Assembly: GCA_965267575.1 (NCBI GenBank)
Contig: OZ254086.1
Coordinates: forward strand, 4,544,001-4,608,000
From: Calditrichales bacterium
GTDB taxonomy: Bacteria > Calditrichota > Calditrichia > Calditrichales > J004
Length of the DNA: 64,000 bases
Reading direction: 5' to 3'
Part shown: piece by piece, positions 47,607-59,100 of the stretch
How positions within the stretch are numbered: position 1 is the stretch's first letter
How the letters are laid out: each line of letters opens with the position of its first letter
Notes under the pieces: model-generated
What the model was told of the DNA's origin: nothing
The model's database searches: none
Seen by the model: only the letters and a program-made list of their open reading frames with translations
Program-made: the position numbers and the translations under genes

Positions 47607-50600
47607 CTCATACTCTCTTTTTCATTATTCATGGGCCGCAAGGTAGAAACAAATACAGTTTTTGTACCCTTCCCTACGTTGGAAAATATTTCAACATTAC
47701 CGTTAATTTTGTTTGCACGTACCTTTATATTATCTATGCCATAGCCACTGGTTTCTGATGAAGTATCAAATCCAACTCCATCATCGGTGACAGAAATTTT
47801 CAACTCATTTGCATTAATACTAATATCCAGCTCGACGCTGTTGCACGCAGAATATTTTAAAGAATTGTTCATCGCCTCTTTAAAGATTAACACAAGGTGT
47901 CGTTTCCAATCCATCGGTAAACTATACTTTTTTAAATTTTCGGAAATCCCTTTTTCGATAAACTTTATTTCCGTCCCGCGGAACAACTCGTCGCCAAAAT
48001 CTTTCAGACGTATGGCCAGGTCATAAAGAGTATCTTCATCAGGCTTTAGTGTCCAAATCAGATCTTTAGCTCCAACCCGCAGGTCATAAGATATTTCCGA
48101 AACGCTGCTTAGATCTTGAGTAATCTTTTCAGCAGCACCGTTAAGCTGTTTTTTTAGCCGTCTTACGAATACCGTAATTCGCGTTAGCTTGTGCCCAAGC
48201 TCATCATGGAAATCGCGGGCCAGCTCTTCCCTTACGCGCTCACGCTCCTGAATTCGGATTCTTTCATGAGCCAGCGTTTTTTCGATATTTGTTCTAATTT
48301 GCCATTTATGCAATAACCATAGGATGGATATAAGGAGCGATACAATAATTGCGATAAACCACCAGGTTAGCCAAAACGGCGGACTGACGATGATTGCGAT
48401 GCTTCTGCCCTGCTCATTCCAAATACCCTCGCCGCTCGCCGCTTTAACCCGAAAAGTATACCTACCGGGATCGAGGTTGGTATAGCTTGCAAATCTTCTT
48501 GTCCCGGAAAAAATCCAATCATCATCGAAGCCTTCCAATTTATATGCATATTGCGTGTTGTGTGCATTAGAGTAGTCGAGTGCTATAAACTCAAATGAAA
48601 AGTGGTTTTCAAAATAGGAGAGCCGGATTTCATCTAGTTTGTTTAAGAGTTTTTCAAACCTAACGGGCGAGTTATACTTTCTGAACTCCGAAAAAAGAAT
48701 ATTAGGGGCTATGGAAAGATCGCCCAGCTTCTGAGGATCGAAATAATTTAGACCGAGGGCTCCACCAAAATACATAATACCGTCAACTTTTAGATACGCG
48801 CCCCTGTAAAAATCTTCGCTTTGCAAGCCGTTTATTTTAGTATATTTTTTGACTTCTCCAGTATTTGGATTATACCTCGCAAGCCCTTTAGTAGATACCC
48901 AGATACGGCCGGCATCGTCAATCAACATTCCATCTATACTGTTATTCGGCAGACCATCGTCAGTAGTTATATGGCTGAACTTTCCCGTCGCCCGATCCAT
49001 CAGGTTTATTCCACCACTGTACGTTCCAATCCAAAAATTGCCCTTGTCATCTTCGGCAAAGCAGGTAACCGAAGTGTTATTAAGCGAGGACGGATCGGAT
49101 TCATCATAGAGGTAGTTCGTAAATTTATTTGCTTGATAATTGTACTTTGACAATCCACCAACGGCGGTACCTACCCACAAATTATTTTGGCTGTCTTCGT
49201 ATATTGCCCACACGCTGTTTGCCGGCAATGAATAAGCATCGGAAATATCCGCAGAGTAGTTTTCATATTTTCCTTCTACAGGGTCCAATTTAAAAATTCC
49301 TTTTGTGCGGGATCCAATCCAAAAGTAATTATGAGAATCTTTGAGGAAACAGTATATCGTTTCTTTGCTTAATTCCTGTTGCAAATCTTTAAACAGGTCT
49401 TTTCTTATGCTGCCAGTAGGATAGTCAACAATAAAAAAACCGTTTTCAATTGTGCCGATCCACAAAAAATCTCCATCACACATAATGCTTCTAATATTTT
49501 TTATCGAATTTGTGAGTGGAATTCTACGGGTTGAATAGTCCTGAGTATTGAATTGAAAAATGCCGGCACCGTTTGTACCAATGATTAAATTATTATCCGG
49601 TCCGTGAGCAACTGCAGTTATCGCCGGATATTCGCCATTATCGTTACGATCTAGTATATGAAAAGCAATATTGAAATTTATTTTGCCAGGATTAATCCTG
49701 TTTAGTCCGCTCTTCTCCGTACCTATCCATGTATTACCATAGCGATCTGAGTATAAATGACCAATAAGATTACTGCTTATTGAAGAATTATCATTTGGGT
49801 CGTGTTTAAAATGAACAATAGATGGTTTGTCATTTTTGAAGGAAATCTTACATAACCCTTCACCCGCAACGGCGACCCATAAATTTTCATAAAGATCAAC
49901 GGACACTTTATGCTCACCGGGAGAGATTTGAAGCTTTCTTTTTAAGTCTATTTTACTCTTATTTCTTAAATCAATTACCAAGACTTCATTTTGACGATTA
50001 ATTGCCCATAAATGCCTATCATTGATTACTCCAAGTTCGTGAAGAAAACTGTTCTCATCGTCCATATCTTTTGTAACAGATTCGACGATGCCGGATTTTG
50101 AAATTGACACGATACCGGCACCCCAGGTACTGAAGTACATGTCGCCGACCGGACTGGAAGCAATATCGGTGATACTTTGTGCAGGAAATGAATTGCCAGG
50201 TTTGATTTCGGCGAGAACGTTTTTGATTCTGTCTGCTTCTTTTTTATTTATTGGAATTAACTTTATGCCCCAGTAACGAGGATGGTCTGGAGCTTTCTCA
50301 TTCCAGTTCTCATGGCTATGACTGTCATCTGACCTATAATTTACAGAGTAATTTCCGGGCGCAAGCCTGATGACATCAATTAATATTCTGTTTTTGTTTG
50401 CTCCACCTGCATAAAAAGAACTGTGCTGATCAAAATCCCAGATAATTCTACCACTTTTTTTGATATACCCATAATCAAACCTATTATTCTGGAATGCCTC
50501 ACCTGTGGAGACGACAATAAATTCTTTATGTTCTGACAACTTAAATTCCCTTTTAATTGAGACAGAATCGGCCGGTTCACTTATCTCAACCTCCACATTT

Positions 50601-51325
50601 CCACTTTCTACTTTTTCATCAAGGAACTTGAATAAAGTCGAGGGATACCGGATATCGCGCCATTCAAAACGCAATACACGATTTGTTTTTAGATCTATTT
50701 TGAAAAGTCCTCTATCAAGTGTGCTAACCCAAACGTGTGCGCTATCGTTTAAAGTATCCTGATAAATTGATGATATATGCACGCCTGTTAAAGAACTTTC
50801 ATCTTTATAATCAGGTAAAATTCGCTCAACTTTTCCAGTTAATGGATTATATTTATTTAATCCTTTACCGGGGTAACCGATCCAGACATTTTTATCAGTA
50901 TCCTGTAGAAAAGCGCTCGGAAGCAGATTCGAAGAAAGGAAGTTAAGATCCGAAGTATCACTTGTTAAAGCATAAAACGTATCGCTGGATTGATTATATA
51001 CATCTAATCCGCCCACCGCTTGAGCAACGTATATATTGCCGTAGCTATCAGAATAGACTTTATGCATCCAGTTTCCTCGTGGCGAATACCTATTACCAGG
51101 CTCATAGCGAAAAGTCTTGATATGATATCCGTCATATTTATTTAGGCCGTCTTCAGTTGCTATCCATATGTATCCGAAAACATCCTGTGTAATATAATTA
51201 ATGTTGTTTTGAGTTAGGCCATTTTTCGCAGTAATCCTTTCAAAAGAAAACTGTTTTAACTGTGCTGATACAGTTAAGACACCAAAAAAAAGTAAAAACG
51301 ACGTTTTTAAAAGGGCTTTGTTCAT
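47603..51325 (-). CDS. Beta-propeller (Reg_prop/Y_Y_Y) sensor histidine kinase
   Basis: Repeated 'D..G..WIGT..GL' blades; 'YTNLDPGRYTFRVKA'; TM segment; HisKA_3 'LARDFHDELG'; HATPase 'DDGVGF...GYGI'. Confidence 0.93.
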   Translation of the reverse strand: MNKALLKTSFLLFFGVLTVSAQLKQFSFERITAKNGLTQNNINYITQDVFGYIWIATEDGLNKYDGYHIKTFRYEPGNRYSPRGNWMHKVYSDSYGNIYVAQAVGGLDVYNQSSDTFYALTSDTSDLNFLSSNLLPSAFLQDTDKNVWIGYPGKGLNKYNPLTGKVERILPDYKDESSLTGVHISSIYQDTLNDSAHVWVSTLDRGLFKIDLKTNRVLRFEWRDIRYPSTLFKFLDEKVESGNVEVEISEPADSVSIKREFKLSEHKEFIVVSTGEAFQNNRFDYGYIKKSGRIIWDFDQHSSFYAGGANKNRILIDVIRLAPGNYSVNYRSDDSHSHENWNEKAPDHPRYWGIKLIPINKKEADRIKNVLAEIKPGNSFPAQSITDIASSPVGDMYFSTWGAGIVSISKSGIVESVTKDMDDENSFLHELGVINDRHLWAINRQNEVLVIDLRNKSKIDLKRKLQISPGEHKVSVDLYENLWVAVAGEGLCKISFKNDKPSIVHFKHDPNDNSSISSNLIGHLYSDRYGNTWIGTEKSGLNRINPGKINFNIAFHILDRNDNGEYPAITAVAHGPDNNLIIGTNGAGIFQFNTQDYSTRRIPLTNSIKNIRSIMCDGDFLWIGTIENGFFIVDYPTGSIRKDLFKDLQQELSKETIYCFLKDSHNYFWIGSRTKGIFKLDPVEGKYENYSADISDAYSLPANSVWAIYEDSQNNLWVGTAVGGLSKYNYQANKFTNYLYDESDPSSLNNTSVTCFAEDDKGNFWIGTYSGGINLMDRATGKFSHITTDDGLPNNSIDGMLIDDAGRIWVSTKGLARYNPNTGEVKKYTKINGLQSEDFYRGAYLKVDGIMYFGGALGLNYFDPQKLGDLSIAPNILFSEFRKYNSPVRFEKLLNKLDEIRLSYFENHFSFEFIALDYSNAHNTQYAYKLEGFDDDWIFSGTRRFASYTNLDPGRYTFRVKAASGEGIWNEQGRSIAIIVSPPFWLTWWFIAIIVSLLISILWLLHKWQIRTNIEKTLAHERIRIQERERVREELARDFHDELGHKLTRITVFVRRLKKQLNGAAEKITQDLSSVSEISYDLRVGAKDLIWTLKPDEDTLYDLAIRLKDFGDELFRGTEIKFIEKGISENLKKYSLPMDWKRHLVLIFKEAMNNSLKYSACNSVELDISINANELKISVTDDGVGFDTSSETSGYGIDNIKVRANKINGNVEIFSNVGKGTKTVFVSTLRPMNNEKESMR

Positions 51326-51391
51326 TTTTCCTTGGGCAATATTAATAAAGAAAAAATAATTTTATCCTGCTGATAACAGCAAAACGAACGA

Positions 51392-53935
51392 TCACTTTAA
51401 AAGTAACATCTTTATGGTCTTTGCGCTGTTACCAAATATTATCCTTGCATAATATGTTCCCGAAGGCACCTCATTGCCAAAATCGTTTGTACCATTCCAC
51501 AAAACATGATGCCTTCCTTTTTCATATCTGCTTTCGCGGAATTGCCTAATCCGCTGTCCCAATCTATTGTAAATATCGATTTTGACAGCTCCCGGTTTCA
51601 ATAAAGCAAAACTAATTTTGGTATCCGGGTTAAAAGGATTTGGGTAATTAGCGAATACTTTAAAGTCATTGACGACAGCCTGTTTTTCATCTTCAACTGT
51701 CGTTACACCATAGTCGATTGCTTTGGTCTTATAGACTCCTCTGCCAAGTGTTGATATTCTTACTGTTCTGTCAACCGGATGATAATGGATATCGGAAACG
51801 TATGTTAAAGGCAATCCGTCGTTATATTCATTCCATTCCTTCCCGCCGTCGACGGAAACAAAAACACCCAAATCTGTCGCGAGATAAAGATGATCCGGCG
51901 AATAGGGACTAATAGCGATCGCATTTGTATTTATGTCCGGAAGATTGCTCGTAATATCAACCCAGGTTTCGCCATAATCGACAGATTTCTTAATATGATC
52001 GCTATTTGCAAAAGCACTATTCCGAACCGCATATAGTGTTCCTTCATGTGAAGGATCGCTCTCAAGATCCACAACCCGCCATGTCGGAATCGTATTATGA
52101 TTAATCTGATTCCAGTTTTCGCCCGCATTCTCCGAGCGCCAAATGCTCCAGTTATTGCCGGTATAGGAATGCGCGTAAATTATACTGCTGTTAACCTGAT
52201 CAATCGCCAATGTATGTACATTTGGTATCGCGGCAACACTTTTCCATAAAGAACCTCGATTTGTTGTTTTATAGATTTTTGAAACGCTGGCCGTATAAAG
52301 AACCTCTGGATTTTGTTCGTCTAATACGAGCGGCGCAAACTGTACACCACCTTCCGTGATTCCGGAATTAATCGATACTGTTGTAAACAGCCAATTAGCC
52401 CCACCAAACGCATTCTTGTAATGTGATCCGAAGAAAAAACTCCCATAAAAAACATCTTCGTTAGTCGGATCGACTATTACCTGTGTACCGTCATTTGTAG
52501 TCCAGCGATTCCAGGTAGTGTTACCGTTTGAATTGTCGAGAACCTGCAGGCCATGATCCTGAAAACCGCCAATTACAATATTTGTATCAGTTAAGGCGCT
52601 GGCAATTCGATAAACATGTGCCGTAACTAAATCATCGCTTTTTTTTAGCCAGGTTTTGCCGGAATTGTATGATTTCTGAATTCCACCGTCATTGAAAATG
52701 TAAACCGTTTCCGGTTCGAAAGGATCAAACCCAATATCCCATTGATCAACATAAACCAGCCCTGAATTATCATAGCCCGTACCGTTCGATAAATAATCAT
52801 GCCATGTCCAGCTTTTGCCCCCGTCATCCGAACGCCACATTTGAACACCACCAAGAAAAACGAGATCAGGATCGACAGGAGAAACTGCGCATTCATTTAC
52901 AAACCATCCGATGCATGAAGTACTATTCCCAGGCTGACAAGTTACATTGGGAGCATTTGTTATTTTGGTCCAGCTTTGGCCGCCATTTTCGGTTTTATAA
53001 AAACCTTCAAGGGCCCAAGAGTCGGAATTTGAAATAGAAGTGTATAAAACCTCAGGCATCGAATCGCAAATCGTGATATCCCCCAGCCCAATCACAGATC
53101 CTGAAGGTAACCCATTGGTCTGTTTCGCCCAGGATTCACCACCGTCTTCGGATTTATATATTCCATCCTGCCGAAACAAAGCGTAAATAACGTCAGGATC
53201 GTTCACATTGATTTCTATGTCGGCATTTCTGCCGCTTCTCTTCAGTGTCCAGTTTTGCCCACCATCTTCTGATTTCCAAAAACCGTTGCTGGCAGCCATA
53301 TAAACAATAGTCTCGTCCGAAGGATGCCAAATGATACTTGATACCGAAATAGATTGGCTGACATTATAAGAAAATGATGTCAACGACCATGTTAATCCCC
53401 TGTCCGCGGACCGCAAGACTCCTATACCCGGTTTTAAAGTAAATGTTTGAACTCGGTCTACACCCGTACCAACCAACATTTCATTTCGATTTTTTGGATT
53501 AATTGCCACTTCGGATATTTCAAGTGTCGGTATGTCGTCAGCTACCGGCAACCACGAATCCCCTCCATTGGTTGATTTCCAAAGTCCACCGTTTGCCGAA
53601 CCAGCCCAGATTATTTGATTATCCACCGGGTCTATTGCATGAGATATCATGCGCCCTGTCAGCGAATCCGTCGTGTTAGGTCCGATACTTCTCCAGTTTG
53701 CTACGGGCATGAAGCCTGTTTTGTTTAATGTTTGCTTACGCATGTTCTGGTAAGCTTCCCATCTTTTGCCTTCAGAATAGTTTCCATCCGCATCTTTACG
53801 CATTTCATAAAACCAGCGTAAGGCAGCTAATGGATCTTCTTCAATTTCATTAGTCTCAGCGAACAAAAACGCGCTTAAAGCGGCCATTAGCAAGAGGGCC
53901 GTATTAGCCATTCTATTTATTTTCATGATAAACAC
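51392..53935 (-). CDS. Secreted BNR/VPS10-like propeller protein with T9SS/FlgD-Ig C-terminal domain
   Basis: 'W.SIGP...GR', many S.DGG.SW Asp-boxes, 'NYPNPFNPDT...WNGTND.G.EVPSGTY...KMLLLK'. Confidence 0.88.
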   Translation of the reverse strand: MFIMKINRMANTALLLMAALSAFLFAETNEIEEDPLAALRWFYEMRKDADGNYSEGKRWEAYQNMRKQTLNKTGFMPVANWRSIGPNTTDSLTGRMISHAIDPVDNQIIWAGSANGGLWKSTNGGDSWLPVADDIPTLEISEVAINPKNRNEMLVGTGVDRVQTFTLKPGIGVLRSADRGLTWSLTSFSYNVSQSISVSSIIWHPSDETIVYMAASNGFWKSEDGGQNWTLKRSGRNADIEINVNDPDVIYALFRQDGIYKSEDGGESWAKQTNGLPSGSVIGLGDITICDSMPEVLYTSISNSDSWALEGFYKTENGGQSWTKITNAPNVTCQPGNSTSCIGWFVNECAVSPVDPDLVFLGGVQMWRSDDGGKSWTWHDYLSNGTGYDNSGLVYVDQWDIGFDPFEPETVYIFNDGGIQKSYNSGKTWLKKSDDLVTAHVYRIASALTDTNIVIGGFQDHGLQVLDNSNGNTTWNRWTTNDGTQVIVDPTNEDVFYGSFFFGSHYKNAFGGANWLFTTVSINSGITEGGVQFAPLVLDEQNPEVLYTASVSKIYKTTNRGSLWKSVAAIPNVHTLAIDQVNSSIIYAHSYTGNNWSIWRSENAGENWNQINHNTIPTWRVVDLESDPSHEGTLYAVRNSAFANSDHIKKSVDYGETWVDITSNLPDINTNAIAISPYSPDHLYLATDLGVFVSVDGGKEWNEYNDGLPLTYVSDIHYHPVDRTVRISTLGRGVYKTKAIDYGVTTVEDEKQAVVNDFKVFANYPNPFNPDTKISFALLKPGAVKIDIYNRLGQRIRQFRESRYEKGRHHVLWNGTNDFGNEVPSGTYYARIIFGNSAKTIKMLLLK

Positions 53936-53941
53936 TCGTTT

Positions 53942-55753
53942 CTACTTTAAAAGTATCATTTTTTTCGACATTGCCTGGCTACCAATCGACAATCTGTATA
54001 AATACAGTCCGCTTCCTAAACGCGAACCATTGAACTGAACTTCATAATTCCCTGGTTGCAATCTTGACTTAATCAGCTCCCTAATCAGGCGACCGTTAAC
54101 ATCATAGACCACCAGCCGCACTTCAGATGTTTCGGTCAAGGTGCCCGAGGGAACTGTGAAACTTATTGTTGTACTTGGATTAAAAGGGTTGGGATTGTTT
54201 TGGTATAATTGGAAATTCGCCGCCAATCTGTTTTTGTATTCTAGAGAGGTCGGGCTTTCTCCCTCAACTGCGAGAAAAATCTGATTGACATTAATGTTTG
54301 TGTACAGATCTACCTTACCGGAAGACCACTCAAGGATTAATGAGTCTATCTGTTCGGCAGTTCCAAGCCCGAAATGAGCGCGTTGATGGTTTTGTGCTCT
54401 ATCACCCGTTGCACCACCGTGAATTTCACGCAACTGCCACACTGGGTTTCCTTTACTAATCTCTGCCTTAAGACGAATCTTCGTACCTATGCCCTGCCTG
54501 TTTGATTCAGTACCCTCACAGGTGACGTGAAGCCATTTATTTCTTGAACCGATTTCGTTCCTGAATAATGAGGCCTGTGAGCCGGGTACGTAAATATCCA
54601 GGTCGCCGTCATTATCATAATCTGCAACAGACGCCCCACTGGTAAAGCCCCAGGCAGAAAGAATATCACCGGCCTGCGATTGCTTTATCTTGGTGAAGGA
54701 AGCATTCCCATCATTATGATAGAGAGTATTTGCTTCTCCTTGTGAGTTTGCCACAAAACAATCGAGATAACCGTCATTATCATAGTCCAACCAGCTATAC
54801 GCAAGCGTCCACGTACGCTCAACAATTGGTTCACCGGAAATTTTTTTAAACTGAAAATTTCCTTTATTCTTAAAAAGCAGATTGGGGTTACCAATCCAGG
54901 TTCCAACAAAAACGTCTATATCGCCGTCATTGTCATAATCCCCAAAACTAGGTGCAAGGTCATAATCACGATCAGTCACAATTGGCTGTTGTGTGATTTT
55001 AGTAAAAGCAGTAGAACCCGTCTCCTGTAATTCATTTTTATATAATTCATTATTTTTGCCCTGATAGTTTACCACCAGCAAATCCTGATCGCCGTCATTG
55101 TCGAAATCGGTCCAGCCTCCTGCGGCGCTAAATTCACCCGGATTCAAGAATGTCAGACCGGTAATCTCGCTGAATGTCCCGTCACCATTGTTTTTAAAGA
55201 ACAGATCTTTGTCACCCTGATCGCCGGGTATAAACATATCAATATGGCCATCGTTGTCATAATCTACCCACGAGCTTGTCCAGGTCATATTGCTGTCTGC
55301 ATCAAGGCCGTTGTTTGTGACAAGAACAAATGCATAACCCGGAGGTCCGGTATTTCGATAAAGGTAATTGATTTGTGGCTTTAGAGGTTCACCCGGCTGT
55401 ATTGGTGTACCAGGCCCAAGGTTGCTTACATATAAGTCTAAATTCCCGTCGTTGTCATAGTCACCAAAAACCATGCTATTTTGATAAAACTGGCTTGTAA
55501 CCACATGTCCCGAGGTGACCCGCGTAAATGTGCCATTGCCATTGTTTATATGAATGGAAATTTGATTGCCGCTTATCTTGGCAAGATCCGGATAACCGTC
55601 ATTATTGACATCTCCCCACGAGCTTGCAATACCACCGGTCGAAGAATTTAGCGAACCTGTATTTGCGGCTTTAGTAAAAAACGGCTGTGAAAAAAGAGAT
55701 TCGCCGCTAACGATTAACATTAAAGTCATCATAAATAAAACTTTAAAAAACAT
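53942..55753 (-). CDS. FG-GAP/CRTAC1 (ASPIC-UnbV) protein with T9SS C-terminal domain
   Basis: Seven 'D.(D/N)NDG..D' repeats; 'SNRQGIG...HFGLG...WSSG'; 'QNNPNPFNPST...KKMILLK'. Confidence 0.9.
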   Translation of the reverse strand: MFFKVLFMMTLMLIVSGESLFSQPFFTKAANTGSLNSSTGGIASSWGDVNNDGYPDLAKISGNQISIHINNGNGTFTRVTSGHVVTSQFYQNSMVFGDYDNDGNLDLYVSNLGPGTPIQPGEPLKPQINYLYRNTGPPGYAFVLVTNNGLDADSNMTWTSSWVDYDNDGHIDMFIPGDQGDKDLFFKNNGDGTFSEITGLTFLNPGEFSAAGGWTDFDNDGDQDLLVVNYQGKNNELYKNELQETGSTAFTKITQQPIVTDRDYDLAPSFGDYDNDGDIDVFVGTWIGNPNLLFKNKGNFQFKKISGEPIVERTWTLAYSWLDYDNDGYLDCFVANSQGEANTLYHNDGNASFTKIKQSQAGDILSAWGFTSGASVADYDNDGDLDIYVPGSQASLFRNEIGSRNKWLHVTCEGTESNRQGIGTKIRLKAEISKGNPVWQLREIHGGATGDRAQNHQRAHFGLGTAEQIDSLILEWSSGKVDLYTNINVNQIFLAVEGESPTSLEYKNRLAANFQLYQNNPNPFNPSTTISFTVPSGTLTETSEVRLVVYDVNGRLIRELIKSRLQPGNYEVQFNGSRLGSGLYLYRLSIGSQAMSKKMILLK

Positions 55754-55820
55754 TAAAATACTTTCTTTTAAGCTGGTCTACTTTGGTTTATAAGAATTTA
55801 GGTGTGGAAGAGCGGATATC

Positions 55821-55840
55821 AACCGTACACATATATGGTT
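55821..55840. promoter_or_regulatory. Candidate response-regulator site B
   Basis: Pseudo-palindrome aaccgtacacatatatggtt, 20 nt upstream of a TAAATT -10-like hexamer on the minus strand. Confidence 0.5.
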
Positions 55841-56127
55841 TCACCCGGCTCATATTTTCACTCTTCAGAATATTTTCCGTCATGCCACCAGGCGATATAC
55901 GCTGTATTTTTACAGGATAAACTCCGGATATTTAAGTGTTCATTCTAAAGGCGACGTAAAACTGTATTTTGATGCATTGTCTATTTTAGAATCATAAAAC
56001 TTTTAATTGTTTTCCACATTAAAAATAAAACTATTTTTAACGCAAAAAGGCTAAAACTTTAGGCGGCTCGCAATGTAAAACGTCGCCGTTGCTATAGACC
56101 AATTTGCTAAGATCGATTTCAAACAAC

Positions 56128-56156
56128 AAAAAAAGCCCGTCAATAATGACGGGCTT
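56128..56156 (-). terminator. Intrinsic terminator of the giant gene
   Basis: AAGCCCGTCA-ataa-TGACGGGCTT, with an A-run on the left. Confidence 0.85.
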
Positions 56157-56173
56157 ATTAAGCGATTAGACTT

Positions 56174-59100
56174 TTACTTCAAAAGCAGCATGCGTTTTAT
56201 CTGCGTAAAGCCTCCGCTCCGGAAGACGTAGACATAGATACCGCTGGACAAACTTCGGGCATCAAAGACAACCCGGTTTTTCCCGGCGCGCTGCGGCCCG
56301 TCCACCAGTGTGGCCACTTTTTGACCGAGGATGTTGTAGATCACCAGCGACACGTGTGCGCTTTGCGGCAGGTCGTAGCGGATGGTCGTAGTCGGGTTAA
56401 AGGGATTGGGATAGTTCGGATACAAGGCCAGTTTATCCGGCACGCCAAAGCCCCATTGTACAAACTTGCCGTTCTTGTAGAGAATATCCCCTGCCGGTAC
56501 GATGCCGGCGCCAATGGAACGCTGCAGGTTGATGTCTTCAGCGAGGTCCTTGGCCATTTCGTCGTTGGAAGTGTCGCTATCCTCCAGCAGGTTGGAGACA
56601 TGGGTCAATACATCACCGACGGTGCGTTCATCTTCCGTGGCAACCATGTGCTGGCCAATCTTCTCCGAGGAGAGATTCATAACGAAGGCTGCCAATTGGG
56701 CCAGCGCCCTTTCGCGCATGCTGGGATTCTTTTTCAGCGTCAGCACATCCTGCCACTGGGCGAAAGTGGTAAAGCCATTAAAGAAATCATAGTGAACGGT
56801 ATAATGTTCATGGATTTCGTCAATGTACAGGTAAAGGTCGTTTTCGTTTTCCTGGGCCTTGCCCTTGCCTTTTTCGTACACGTCAAACTGGTGCTTCCAG
56901 TAACCCTTGCTGCGTGCTTCGTTGGAGACTACCAGCTCAGTGAGTGCGAAATCAACGATGTTGCAGCCGCCGGATTCAAGCACGGTCTCTTTTGGATTCA
57001 GGTCAACGCCGTAGCCCATCGGCTCCACGATCATCACGCGGTAGCTGTCCGGAACGACCTCCTCGAACAGGTATTGACCCTGAGCGTCCGTTTCCTTGTC
57101 GGCTACGTCGCCAATGGGCAAGCCTTGCTGATCCAGCAGCTTGACGATTACGCCGGCCAGACCCTGCCCGTTAACACTGACGGTCCCTGCAATCTTTCCG
57201 GGCGCCTCGTAGCCGCAGCCTTCCACTTTCAAGCTGTCCAAGTAGCAGGAGGAGTTGTGCGAAAAGGCCACGTGCGAAACGATTCTGCCCGAGTACTTGG
57301 GCTCAAAATTCAGGCTGACTACCAGACTGTCTCCCGGCTGCAATGTGGCGTTCTCCGGGGACACGGTATAGGAGTCGGCATCGATATACAGATCATCCAG
57401 TTGCAGCACACCGGTGCCATTGTTGTAAACCGTCACGTTTTGGGTAAACACATCGTTTACGGCCACGGAATCGAACGTGCTGCTGAATGACGCCAGGGAA
57501 AATACCGGCACATCAGACAATACGCTGTTTTCAAACCGCAGCGCCTCGCCCAGTTCGCCCACGGAGAATCCATCGGCCAAAGGAATATCTATGCCGCTCA
57601 GGTCCACATCGATGTCTGGCGATACTTCATGCCAGGTTTCACCGCAGTCGGTTGTTTCCAGAACGATGCCGTCTTCACCGACGCAATAAGCCACCTTGCC
57701 GCTGACGACTTTGCAACCGTAAAGGTCAAGATCGGTGCCGCTGGGACGAGGCTCCCAGGTTTTACCGCCGTCGCGGGTGCGGCACAGGGTGCCATCGGCG
57801 CCTACGGCAAAGCCGAATTTCTCGTTGACAAAAGCAACGCCATAAAAATCGATATTTGTGTTGCTGGTTTGCGGCACCCAGGCCGTTCCGTTCCAACGGC
57901 AAATGGTACCGTTGGCGCCCACGGCATAGGCGGTGCTGCCAATGGCGAAAACACCGTAAAAGGTAACTGACGTGTTGGTGGGTTGCGCGCTCCAGGAGGT
58001 GCCATCGTAAACACAGATGGTACCGTTGCTGCCTACGGCATAGCCAAAGCTGGCCGACAGAAAATAGCTGTCAAAGAAATGAGCCGTGGTATTGAGTGTG
58101 AAGGGTACCCAGCTCACCCCGTTGTCATACGACGCGCAGATAAGCCCGTCGTAACCGGTAATAAAGGCAGTGTTGTTGCCCACGAGGCGGATACCGGTAA
58201 GGTTGGTGGTGGTGCCTGTCTGTGAAGGGGTCCAATTGCTTCCGCCATCACTCGTGATGAAAACGTTGCCGCCCCAGCCGGCGATGCAGCCGTTTTGCGC
58301 GTCAATAAAGGAAACGCCATAGAGGTGCTGGCGCGAACCCGGATAAAGCCGCGTATACCCTGTCGCCAGCGATCCGCAGGCCGGTGTATTAAAGCTATAG
58401 GCCAGTCCGTCCTGCCCGACGATAAAGCCCAGGCAGCCACGGAAATCTATACCTGCCAGCCGGCCGCCAATACCAAGGGAGATCTGCACCCACGTATTAC
58501 CGCCATCACTGGTTTCCAGCACGATGCCGTTGGCACAGGTGGCCCAGGCGCGGTCACGGCTAAACAAGCGTATGGCCGTAATGTCCAGCGAAACACCGCT
58601 GCTTAAGCCAACCCAGGTCGCGCCGCCGTCGGAGGTCCGGCAAAGCAAACCATCGTTGCCGACGGCAAAGCCATAATCATGATCCCAAAATACGACGGCA
58701 TTAAAGTCGAGGGTAGTCGCGGTGTTTTGCTGCACCCAGGCAGAACCGTTCCAGCGGCAGATGACACCGTTGGCGCCCACCGCGTAAGCGGTTGAACCCA
58801 CCGCATAAACCGAGTGAAAATCCACCGAAACGGACGTGCTCTGGGCCGTCCAGCTTGTACCATCCCAGTGATAAATAACACCGCTACTCCCCACGGCAAA
58901 ACCGTAGAAAGGATTGATAAACGTTATATCATAGAAGGTGGCGCTTGTGGAAACATTGACAGCCACCCAACTAACACCTTCATCATCGGAATAGCATACC
59001 AGACCGTTGCTGCCCACAATCCAAAGACGGTTGCCAATTATGCGGATAGCATGGATGGTTTCACCGGTACCCAGGACAGACTGGGCCCAGCTGGCGCCGC

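Noticed and set aside
56321..57490. Long antisense ORFs (389 aa here; also 3684-4457, 7426-8085, 9880-10548, 11453-12205)
   Set aside because: Shadow frames of well-supported GC-rich genes on the opposite strand, with no motifs.
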